NCBI RefSeq assembly: GCF_964204645.1
Contig: NC_134035.1
Location: 558,001-622,000 of the forward strand
Length of the DNA stretch: 64,000 bases
Reading direction: 5' to 3'
From: Tubulanus polymorphus
Taxonomy: Eukaryota; Animalia; Nemertea
Numbering within the stretch: position 1 is the first letter of the stretch; every line of letters starts with the position of its first letter. The translations under genes and the position numbers were made by a program. This document shows positions 1 to 11,900 of this stretch, in pieces. The notes below the pieces were generated by a model that searched no databases, was not told the DNA's origin, and saw only the letters and a list, made by a program, of their open reading frames with translations.

Positions 1-689
1 TTATCATTCGGTGCGCGCGCGCAGGGGGTGGATCCAGGGACTACTATGAACACAAGGGCATCATAATTCATGACAAACGAGGGGTGAAAATTTATCGCCT
101 TTTGGGTGCAATTTCCAAGCAATAAATAAATTCCTGATGCAAAGTGCTTTCTAGAAGATATTACGTAGCTTTCAGGCAATAAAGATGAAATCCTGAAGAA
201 TGGTGCTATGCCTTTTGTTGAACCGGTATCTGCATAGTCTTATAGTGCCCTTTTATACTTTTGAGATTGTAGAGATGACTAAATGTGCCTTTGAATGCGC
301 CATTTAGTAGAAAATTATCCACCTCATCTTTTCTACTTTTTGCATTGATAGGAGAGACTTTCCACCTTTTTACCATGTTATTTAACACAATATTAATCGG
401 ACGATTTTCTTGGACTTTGGTTTAAAATGTTACAATTAATTATTTCTTCACTGAATGACGTACTGGTAAAGAAACATGTGATCATTAGCATTATCCATAT
501 TTCACGAGTTTTCCCATTTTTTTAAAAACAAAATTCGCATGGACCAACGGATAGTTAAGTCCTTCTCCTTTTGCTCCGCTAATCGAGAAAAAGCAATAAA
601 TTAGACAGGCAAGATTTTTCATTCACCTTATAAAAAGCTAGCTTAGATTCAACAGACATTCCGAATCATTCAAATCTCCAAAGTCAGAG

Positions 690-817
690 GCTGCAGTTGC
701 TCAAAACTCGATCAGAGTTAACCAGTGGATAAATACCATAGTGACAATTAAAATTGCATTGTTTTACCACGATATTTATCCACTGGATCATCTAACCAAC
801 TGTTGAGCAACTGCAGC
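690..817. mobile_element. MITE-like palindromic element downstream of the eIF3m stop
   Basis: Terminal IR GCTGCAGTTGCTCAA / TTGAGCAACTGCAGC plus inner IR CCAGTGGATAAATA / TATTTATCCACTGG. Confidence 0.75.
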
Positions 818-971
818 GCCACAGATCCGGCGGAGAAGCACTGAACAAGGCACCACTGTAAGATAAATAATAACACTAGAAGAATCGAAATCTCGTTTTC
901 ATCAGTAGAAACTGATATTTTATATTTCTCATGAGAATCTCATCCCATACATGTAATATTAGTTAATAAAC

Positions 972-3900
972 TCAAACAGGAGGTGGAGTCAAGGCGCCCA
1001 GATGACTTCTCACTATATTCAGGTGTTCGTGCCACTGTGTGAATTTCTCTTTCAGTAATTGCCATTGTTGTCGACCGAACGTCCTGTGAGTCGTAGAACT
1101 GATGTTCACTTTTCGCTGTAATTGGTCCATTTGACATCGAACCGCCCGAGTCGCGATTACTGAAAACAAACATACCTCACATCAATGAATTATATGATAA
1201 CCTTATAAGTAAATCTAGAAAAATCTTGAAATTAACCATAAACAACTTGATAACTTGCAGAAACTTGCAGATGTGCAAAGATCTAATGGCCAATAGTTGG
1301 TCATCTTGATATTGATCAGGCCAGTTTTTAGGTCGAAGGCACGTGTACAGTAGTATACACCAAATATCAAGACAATCCATTGAAACATCTTCAAAACTTC
1401 CCCAAAATAACTGGATTCCGTCTACAGGTGGAGGGATAGGGAGCTTAACGAACCTTCAATAATAAATGGTTCTACATCATCTTCGCCGAGTTTCATCTGT
1501 TGTTGAATTGTGTCGAAATCGATTTCAGTTTGAGTTTCGGCCATCTGCATGAAAGTCAACAATCGCATCTTCCTCATATTCTCCTCGTGAGATAAACCTG
1601 AAATCATATGAGAATTTAAAGTTTGACGTGTTTTAGAATTCAAACAGAAATTACTGAAATAACTAAAAATAATAATAATAATAATAACATTTATTTCTAT
1701 ACCGCTCTCCACTGAGTCTTAGAGCGGTTTACATAAGATATACCATTACCATATTAACATTATCATATGTAACATCATCATATTACATTTCAATAAAATG
1801 TTGTTTAAAAAGGTAGGTTTTCACACCAGATTTAAATTCATCAATATCTGTGCAACTGCGTAAATAAGAGGGCAAATTGTTCCATAAAATTGGAGCAGCC
1901 GAAGCAGAAGCAAAAAACAGAACTTACCTAACGTATTGACGAAGTCTGTATTATTTTTGTAGAAGTCGTTATATTGGTCTAACTTTCCGGATACGAATAT
2001 AGTCAATAACTGAAGAAAATCATTGAAACACAAAGCGTCAGATACAGAAATATATTTTACTAGATAATCCAATGGATGATAATACAAAGTGGATACTTAC
2101 ATCATGAATAAGTTCACCTTCTAAAAATCGAACTGGTTTCAGCGTTAAAAGATGGTCTAATAAAAACGTACTAGGATCTCCTAAACACGTAACGATACAT
2201 CTGAAAATTAGAATCATCGATTACCTTTAGTGTATTTAATCACAGTAGATGGCTCAGTCAGTTGCTTCTGATTATTGCATGCCTTATATGGCAAAATATA
2301 TAAGATTTTCCTATCTAAATTCTTGTGATGACAACTCAGGAATTCACTGTTGGACTATATAAACCAGGTTAATAGATTCACAATTAGTATTTATACATTT
2401 CTTGTTTAAACTTTGTTTTTATCTAATCTCTAAATGCACGACCGTGTGCATTGTGTATGAACCTGTTTTATTGATCCCGCGAGATCCAAGACAAGCGTAG
2501 TAGTACCGGTAAGCCTATTGTAGTTACAATATATACTGGTTTAAATACGGCCTGATATGCTTTTACATTACCTATGAGCGTCATCTCTTGCTTGTGATGC
2601 ATTATCTTCAGTGTACGTTCCGAGAAGCTCGATCATCACTTTAGTGGCGACTTCGCTATGAAAATAGCAATAAAATCAATGACAGAATAAGAACCAAGGG
2701 TCAGAAGTAGGTTAAAGATACCTGGTAACCAACCATAAACACCACAGCAACAATCTGAACTTTTCAATTGTCATTATGTCAACTAAATGCTGCTTAACTT
2801 TTAACCAAATTTTAAGCAACACGCGCCTGAGCAGTAATGGAGATCAATTTTCTTTTTTTTTGTAATTTCAGATGGTTCTAACTAGATTGTTCTTGCCTAT
2901 CACAGTAGTGTTGAGACATAAGGCTTTCCAAAATATATTCCAGCGAATTTAATAGCTAAACTTACGTTTGTTTGCTAGCCTGTAATGCATCGTGTAAACA
3001 TCGAAGAAGATTTTGATATTTTTGCGTGCTCACATCCCAAACCTTCATCCACTGCTTCACCTACAAACATACAATAATAAAAACAATCATAATAATTATT
3101 AACAAATACAATCAAACCCATTTCTTTTGGCCCAAACGAAATTTGACCAGTTTATGAGTAAACTGGATTAAAAGTATTTTGCATAGATACTACTACTGGT
3201 ATTTATAGTCTGGCAGTAAATAATATCCAGATTAGAGGAATTTTATCCCAATTGTGGGTTCAACTGTTTGTAGGATATGAGGGTCCCGATGATCATGTTA
3301 TGTATTATTAAAGAACATATTTTTTTTTGTTCCACTGGAGCTAAGTTGCATGGAATGTAACATGGAATGTAATCCGGAATAGATTTGGTGATTTTAGTCC
3401 CAAGAATGTTGAAATTATTAGATTACAAAAACTTACAGAAAATCTATCTGAAAGGTGTGCAATACATGAAATAATCTTACCTCATTTAGATCAGTTTTGA
3501 CGCTTGACAGTAAATCGCACTGCCCGGCAACCTTCAATAGATGTGTATAAACTATATATCTGTGCCCGCTTTTCTCTTCAATACCGTGAAATAAATTATT
3601 CAAGCTGAAACATTGAAAATGAATCGTTATTCAAATCTATATATTTCAAAACCTGGGCCGGGTTTCATAGACTGAGTATCAAAGTTATCCCTCGGGTAAA
3701 TCCTCAATCTGGGTAACAACCACCATAGTTACAATGAGAAACCATGGTTATAACTGACAAATTTCAAAATGTTCCCAGGGACTATTTTCCTTCCATATCT
3801 ATGAAACCCAGCCCTGGTTGATTAAACAATAAATGAATGACACACAAACGCGCTTACAGTTTAACTCTAACTGTCGCTCTCTTATCGCCCGGAGGAGACT

Positions 3901-5037
3901 TAGCTAATTTTTCACAAAATGATACGACTACATTTTCACTTTTCTCCGGGGGTATGATTAAAATCAGTGATATAATACTGTTGAACACACTTTCCAGTTC
4001 TAGAAAATAAAACGACAAATTCAAATAACTAAGAATATTACGGTAAAAAGAATATTAGCTTTCATTTGACAGAAACAGAATTCTCAATTCTAATTATACA
4101 CTGTCTCTTAATAACAGAACTTAACCGTTTTCACTAGTGAGTTCTTTCCAGCAGATATTCGATGCTTCGATCACGTGAAGCAGATCCGTGACCAGGCCGC
4201 GGTCCGAATTCTCCTCCGAGATTTCAGCGCCGAGCGATTTTAAGTAAGCGCGAAGCTCGAGAACCTATAACGAAATATGAAAACAACGTTCTCAATCTCT
4301 CACTAGATAAAATTACTCAGTTCAATGTGAATTCTTAACGAAACTTTGCCACCTCCAAGATTGAGCCTATCAAGTCACACAGACACAATCGGGAATTCAG
4401 AGACCAGTTTTAAAAACTAAAATAGATAGGCCTAACTCTCAAGTCCGAAAAAATCTAATTTTGCCAAGTGACACAGCGAGCGCAGTAAAATTGATAACAT
4501 GAGTGACCCGAAGGGTCGGTGGCCCGTCATATCCCATACCAATTTTGTTCTCTACTTTTTCATAGTAACTATCTTTTAATCATTTCTCTGTAATTTGACT
4601 AAATGTGCGTCATTCTTGTACCATTCACTCTGAATTGATGTGGATATTCTATAAACTAAAATTTCAAGTACAAGCTGTCAGCAGTGTCATTGTCTACTCA
4701 TCTGTCAATATTATTGGATTAATCCACAGCAGAGAACAGCAAGCTTTGCGTTTGATTTGGTTCCCAGGCTAGGAAACTCAGCAGTGGGTTTAAAACATTC
4801 CTGTGAGTCTCAGCTCAATTACATTTCGGCGGCCGTTAGTTTAAGGGTAACATATTGAGTCAGACATGGAATAAATCATTGAATTGGATTGATTGTAACT
4901 ATACCGGCATCTCTCTATAAATTCAGTCGCGATACAAAAACGCTTTCAGCGAAGGCAGCAGCGACGAGAAAACACTTTAACTCAATTCATCTCACCTGAT
5001 TTCCCTCTTCGATATCAATAAACAGTGGAACCGACAT
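972..5037 (-). CDS. EIF3M: Eukaryotic translation initiation factor 3 subunit M (PCI domain), 10 coding exons, ~379 aa
   Basis: Exons 5037-4996, 4264-4126, 3999-3858, 3604-3481, 3060-2966, 2655-2572, 2200-2101, 2009-1928, 1597-1454, 1159-972. All have GT-AG boundaries and total 1140 nt in frame. Translation [34 protein letters not shown]...[15 protein letters not shown]...[13 protein letters not shown] matches eIF3m motifs. Confidence 0.96.
1668..1825 (-). mobile_element. Probable LINE/SINE 3'-tail remnant (L2/CR1-like) in an eIF3m intron
   Basis: (AAT)n tail next to a small stem-loop ACCGCTCT...AGAGCGGT followed by TTACA, the usual reverse-complement layout of L2-type 3' ends. Family assignment is an inference. 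Confidence 0.45.
3656..3813. mobile_element. MITE (PIF/Harbinger-like) in an eIF3m intron
   Basis: TIR GGCCGGGTTTCATAGA / TCTATGAAACCCAGCC, flanked on both sides by CTG (3-bp TSD). Confidence 0.75.
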
Positions 5038-5568
5038 TTTCTCCTTTTTTATTTCCAGATGCGGCGTGAAATCGCTGCCGGAAGTGCTTGATCAGGATGA
5101 TTCAAGTAGCCACTGAATCGTAGTGTCGAGCGTACTTGTTAAATTCAAATCAATTCGCTATTTATTGTACACAATTTATACACCCGTCAACGGTCACAAC
5201 CTTCTCGAATCTCGTTATAACGATTATAAATATCAATTTATTGGTTATCGCAAATGCACAACACGTTTTTTACGCATTTGTGAGGAAACTGTTTCGTAAT
5301 CCAATCCATTGACCAGCCCAGAGCCATACCTGGCGTTTGACTGGGCACCCAAGTGGAAATAATTGCAGCAACATCAAACTGTATTCAGTTTCATAAGGCA
5401 GTTTCTGCACATCAGATTTCTGAATTCTAAATCCATTGCTGTTTGCTCTTTTCCTAAGAGATATACAATCACTCCAATTCACATGAAAAAAATTCTAACT
5501 CATTAAAATATCATGTTGTATTTATTTTTATTCGTTTTTTTTACATTCAATAAGAAACTAACGAGATC

Positions 5569-7447
5569 TTATTGCGGTTGCTTGTTTCCTCGGCCGAATC
5601 CACCTCTCTGAAAAAATCATCAAAATTGGTTTTACAAAACTCGCTAAATCTTCTAGATCAGTTTCATACGGATTAAGCGGCACAAATCCAGTCGATTCTC
5701 TCATAAACAGATCACAGGGTTCCAGGGTTTATGGACTGAAGTTTCAGGGATGTATATATTATCAGTGAATTTAAAAGTTCATTTTGAAAGAAACTTCTGA
5801 TTTTTTTAGTTGTACCCGGAAAGACAAAATTGACCACCATAAATCTATCAGTGGAAATTTTCTGTGATGACGGAGAGGCTGACAGGGCATGGCGTAATTA
5901 GTGGCTGAATATAACTTTCCAGTTCATTCAGGAATGCAGGATTAAGCATGATAAGTAGTAGGATCTATTCTTAATTCTTTCATCTTTCAGAATTCATCAG
6001 ACTCATAATTTATCCGATGAACGATTCTTCAGACCTCACAAAATTTTTGGCAATTCTAATACTTGAAATATAATTATCCTAGAATTGAACAACGACTTAC
6101 GAATTGGAAACTCTCTGATGCTCCTGCACCGACATCCGCTTTCTTATCAGCTCCTGGAGCGCCACCTGTTCGTCTGTACGAATCACGGTCACCTCTTGGT
6201 TCTCCTCGTTGACCTCCTTCTCCAGGTCCTAAAATACAAAACCAACAACAAAATTAATACAAAGATCCCGCCGTAAAACAGTGCTAACGAGAAGAGTAGT
6301 ACTATTGTTAACTATTTATTTGACGCACATTGTTCGCTACTAATGTATAAAAGGTTCACGATTATTTTCACAACTATTACCAGGATTCTTATTGATATCA
6401 CAATATCTTACTAGATATTTTACAGTTGTCCAAGTCAAGGTACGATAGCAAAAGCCGTTATTGATCATGATCCGAACAGGTCAAGTAAAATTTCTTAATT
6501 TGAACGTAGTCAGGAGCATTTAATTTCATAGCTCAACATCACATGAGCTTAAAAGACTGATTTCTGCAACGGTCAGGACAGCAATATGCGTGACTTACCC
6601 TTTGGTCGTGGGCGAGCTGTTTCTGTTCTAGCTTGACGTTTCAGAGTCGAGGGTACGATCTCTGGCGGCAAATGCAAGTAGTCCCTCAAATACTGAATAC
6701 CTTCGTTCGTCAAGTACCAGTAATAGTGTCTCCACGCGAACTGCTCCTTTACGTAACCACGGGATCTCAGAGACTGCAAGAAGAATATCGGTGAATTTTT
6801 GTTACAGCGGCTGAGTACACGGGCGGATCTAGGAAAATTTGACGGCGGGGTATATAAAGGAAAAGGTATTTGTTGGAAAAAGCAGGCAAGTCAAAGGCCA
6901 CTAATAAGGTCCTTGCCTTGGTGTTAGATATTTATAAACAAATATACCTGAAAACAAACAATTACCGAGAGGAGACGAAGATTTGACAACTTAACCCTCT
7001 AGCCAGTTGATTACGAGAAACCAGGTACCAGTTTCTTTTACATTTCTTGTACATTTTGTAATTGCACTTTAGAGAATTCAATTGGGGCCAGATGACTTGT
7101 GAAAGTTTATCCGATGATTCTAAATGTAACCTCTCTTCAGTGTCGCGCAATTACTGTTCAAATTGCACGAATATCCGCTGTAAAGGTTTTGCTTAATATA
7201 TGCACATTATTAAAAAGAACAATCAATGAATTCATGAATTGCACTTTATTTCCCTCATGTGCAACGAGAAAATAGATAAATATTCTTCATCTTCATCGAA
7301 ACTTACGACTAACGATTTGATAACTTGTAAATTCGGTACTTCAATTTCCGGATGTTTCGGGGCATTGAAATCTTTTTTCGCCACCATTACACCCTCTTTA
7401 AACAGATGCTCGTAGATGAGAACGCGATTCTTCTTTGGCATCAACAT
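5569..7447 (-). CDS. RPS10: 40S ribosomal protein S10 (eS10), 4 coding exons, ~160 aa
   Basis: Exons 7447-7307, 6773-6599, 6228-6101, 5607-5569 (483 nt). Translation [26 protein letters not shown]...[41 protein letters not shown]...FRGGFGRG. PolyA signal AATAAA (minus strand) at ~5526-5531. Confidence 0.98.
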
Positions 7448-7657
7448 TCTGAAAGAGATCGTTCACATTTCTGAAAATCGCAGACATCGGGTCGACATTT
7501 CAAAGCGTTTTACGGCGTCTTAGGAGGAACGAGCATAAAAATACGACTATCATTTTTCTCAACGGATATTGTGTTAAATATTTATCATTTTAATGTGGTC
7601 CTATGAACCGCGATTGACTCATAAAATAGCGATTTTATTAATAATTTTCTCACTTAC

Positions 7658-7691
7658 ATGAAAAATTTCTCGACCACCGGAAGTGAAAAGG
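7658..7691 (-). promoter_or_regulatory. RPS10 non-coding first exon with TCT initiator / 5'TOP and ETS site
   Basis: Minus strand reads TC-CTTTTCACTTCCGGTGG...TTTTCAT|GTAAGT. It fits the TCT consensus YC+1TYTYY, contains a CCGGAAGT ETS core, and splices to the acceptor at 7448 one base before the ATG. Confidence 0.8.
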
Positions 7692-8982
7692 ATGACAGCG
7701 ATGGTTCGTTCGTAAACCTCGTGGCCGTTACGACCCACCGCTCCAAATTCGTTTAGGCTCGAATCCCAGGGATTACCGTTAAATGATAACTTTGAGTCCT
7801 CCGATTTTGATTCTTGAATAAATAATGTTGCTTTCCACCAAATAGTGCTTTTCACCAGTTTAAATTTGTAAATATTGCGCTTTAATCGCCTAGATCGAAT
7901 TTCCGGCAAAGGTCTTCATCACTAGAAACATTTTTTGAAAACGCTGGACGCCAAAAATACTGCCAGTGGTCCCGCAAACTCCATGAAAAACAGCGAAACG
8001 AAACGCAAATTTACAAAAAAATATCTATTTATTTACACATCTTTACACCACACAATCTGTAAAATAGTTACTATTCTAGATTGGCTGCTATATACCCGGA
8101 GTCGCCCACAAACCAGGCTGGATTTATATAAGTATGTACATATATACTACAATTTAAATTTCTCGAAGACGCTTATTTTATCACAATTTCTTACCACTAC
8201 AGAGCGTAACAGAAAATATATTCCCGCCTTTTACGTTAATATGCATGTTTTATGAGTGAGTATTCATAATTCATAGATATCCTGAAACACCCTGCGTGCC
8301 CCGTGCCGCCATCAACTGATGACAATGACGCATACGATAATACGCTTCAAGATTTGATCCGCGCACAAGACGTTGGTAGCGAACGATCCCCCTTAAAATT
8401 TTCAGTGTCCTTCAAAAAGTCAGTGTCAAAAATATGGATAAAATGTTCACGTTTTTTTTGTAGAAAATGAAAAGTAATCCATACTGAAATGATTTATTCA
8501 GGTACCCGGGCAGTTCAGGATATGTCCTTTTTCACGGTGAAAGTTCCCTCCAAAAAGCTCGGCACGGGCCTGCTGTCCTCCCGCCATATACGCAGATTTT
8601 ACCGAAGTAGCCAAATTAACCCTCCCCCCTCCCACCATATGCAACGCCTACCTATGTTATGAATGGCACTTCTTCATATAATAACCACTTCAATAAGGAT
8701 ATCAGATACAATAATCACACAACAAAAACTATGTTACATTTTTCGTAAATTCTTTGATGGTAAAATAATCATATTTAATTCGCGACCTAAAGCACGTGTT
8801 CAGTTGTTCCCTCCTCCTTAAGAATTCAGTTTTATGGCACCCACCACAATCGACCTATTCAAAAAGGCCTCAGGTCAAATTAAAACATTCGTAACATATG
8901 CTTAAAATAAATGACACGCTGTTTTGCACGTGATATCACAGAGGTCCATTTTGCATCGTTAAGCACATTAAGCTGCTAATAA

Positions 8983-11900
8983 TTAAACCCTAGTTTCGGA
9001 TTTGCTATCTGCAGCCGGGGCCGATATAGTTGATACGCTAGCTGTAATACTTGGTACTTGCGAGACGGAAGAACAAGTGCCCGGAGTCGACGCTCCTGTT
9101 GTCGACGCTGTTTGCCCTTCGTTTGTTTGTGGCACTGCTAGTTTTTTCATGGATTGACGACCGGACATCTTGTTGGCGATCATATTCAGATTGACGCGAG
9201 AGTTGAACGTGGAAATCGTCGCTAAACTGTTTATATAAGCGTCGTTGTCCAAACCGTTATCGATGGCTTTCTGTTCCATCATAGCAGCGTAGATATCCGT
9301 ACGATTCTCCATCAAGGCTGGGCCCCACGATTCCATCGGTTTCAACGATTCCCGCAACACCTAAGAGATAAGTTTTCCTTTAAACATTACCTAAATTTAA
9401 GTCCTTTACATAGCCACAGTTTGGACCAAGAAATGTATTTATGACACTAAATAGTTTTACTGGGTTCAGAGAAACCACGCAATTTTCGTTGCACATATGA
9501 GTTAGATTCGATATATTATTCATTCTCAGAAATATATCTTTGCCGCAAACGAGCACTGGTATTTAACAGGGTGGCAGACTATCCCGTGAAATAATTTCAT
9601 ATCATATCACATTCATATCGTCATTATTAACCATCATAGAAGGCCATAGCCCTATATACAGACAGCCTCTTAGTTTAGATATCATTTGATGTCCTTTGTT
9701 ATGTAGGTACTTTAAGTACCTCTCTTAAATTGATCTTTATGAGAGTGTCGCTATAAAATAAGTTCTACTTTACGTCTCATGGTTGTATCTATAAAATAAG
9801 TTTTTCTCGTGTCGTCTTCGAAAAATATCAGTGCTCTCTGTACCCATTTTTGCGCACTTTTAGGTTTAGTTAACATTTAGTTGGAATTTCAAAAATACTC
9901 GTGACTTACCATCCAACCACCGTCTCGGCAATACTGGTACAGAAACCAAGCGGGGAAGAGAAGCAATGGGAATAAGGCTATCATCCAACCTAGACCTTTA
10001 GCCCATTCGGGGTACGTGTAGTCATCCAACGACGGAGGTTTATATTGGAAACAATTAAATGCTATCGTAACCTGGAATAAAAAATACAGAATTAGCAACA
10101 CGATACAATCAGAACAACTAATTCTCCATTGCACCCCTACTTGGTTTAGTCATTTTATTCACACCTGACGATAGAGAAGTCGAAACGTCGTGTCTTTTGA
10201 TTTTAACTTTTGATGATAAAAATTCGTTTTCAATTTTTTAAATTCTGTATAAAGTGGGTTTAAAAGTATCGATTCTCCACTTCAGAGTCACTGTACCGGG
10301 GGTATTCTAGTATTAGCAAGACTCAACCACACAAATTTGGAATTTCTGCGCCGACCACGCTCGAGTATTCGTTTACTTACAAGCACTGTAACAGGCGTTA
10401 AAACAAGCCAACACGCTTTCCAGTAGATATTCGGTTTATTGCCTAACATTAGTTTGATGTCCTCCGCAAATCGTTTGAATCCGTACAACCAATTAATAGC
10501 GGCACATTCTAAAAATCCGATAAACAACAGCGGGAATCCTCCGACGCTATAGTCGACCAGATTCAGTAGATAGATACCTCCCTGTAAAATCATCACAATA
10601 GAATCATTCAAAACACTTCAAACCGAAAGAAAATATCACAAGTCACGAATCAGTTCTTTATATTAGAAAAGGCTTCATTAATACATTTTTAGATCTATTG
10701 TTATCTTTACCATCCTATAAAACTTTTTTGTTTATTTGTACTTTTTTTTGCTCTTGTGTTGGCAATGAAATATGGATATGAGTGAAATTCAACTAATTCA
10801 CATAAAGAAATAAATATCAGTGAATTTACCTTGCAAATCATCGGTATTCCCAAAAGGAACGATAGGAATATGACCGCGGTTCGGAAGATGATGTTGTCCC
10901 GATATTTGTTGCGAAAATAAGGCTTTAATTCGTCCTGAAAAGCGCTGAGAACGCATTCCATTATTGAAAACTGAAATAGTAATGAAGCAGGTGAGTGGAA
11001 TATTTTTTACGGGGGAATTATGATGATAGTTTAAGGCTGTAGATATATAACCATGATAATTTGTACCTGAGATCCAAATCCTAAGGTGGCCATCATCAGG
11101 AAGAAAAACACAGCCCATAATTGCGGGATAGGCATACGTGAAATAGCCTCGGGATAGACCACGAACGCGAGACCCGGCCCTGAAAAAGAGAACATTTGAA
11201 AAGAATTATCGCATGGCAATGTTATTCGTATTCGTAAATGGGATAAATTGCGTGTATATGGGGTGCTGTAAGTCACGGTCGTCACAGTCGAATGACGATA
11301 CATACCACCGCGAGCCACATCAGCAACATCGACGTTTTTCTCATAAGCCATAAAACCAAGTATGGAGAATATAACGAGACCGGCGTATACACTAGTGCCG
11401 CAGTTTATCAGAGCAACGATCAACGAATCTCTGAAATAAATACGGCGCAAAAATCAGCTATCACCGCGGAATGAAATGCATGTACTGAATATGGTTTTTG
11501 TGTGAATTATGTTACCTGTAACAGTTGTTATCGAACTTGTTATAGCTGGCCATAGCAATGAGTCCACCGGTACAGGCGCTTAATGAATAAAATATCTGCG
11601 TCGCTGCATCGCTCCATACCTGAAATAAAATACATTAACATATCAATTCGGTAAACTATCGACCTCGGTACGAACGGCGTTTCGCGAGATTAATGAAAAA
11701 GAAATAAAAAAAAAAATGAAACAGTTTCGATGAGGTTAACTCATCGATGGTTTGAGACATGGGGAAATAAACATCCTGGAATAATGAATATCTTGGGAGA
11801 ATAAGTATCTGGCATCGAACTGTCGCCTTAACGTTTTGAAGGTAAATTTGGCAAATCAATTTACCTACAGGTTTTTGAAGTTTGGAATAAATTCGCAATG

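Noticed and set aside
5355-5410. SECIS element on the minus strand (ATGA…GA)
   Set aside because: The helix above the quartet is only ~5 bp rather than 11-12, it lies past the RPS10 polyA signal, and neither gene has an in-frame TGA.
5864-5908. Box C/D snoRNA (GTGATGA…CTGA) in an RPS10 intron
   Set aside because: Antisense to the host gene and only ~45 nt. No sense-strand C/D pair was found in RPS10 or eIF3m introns.
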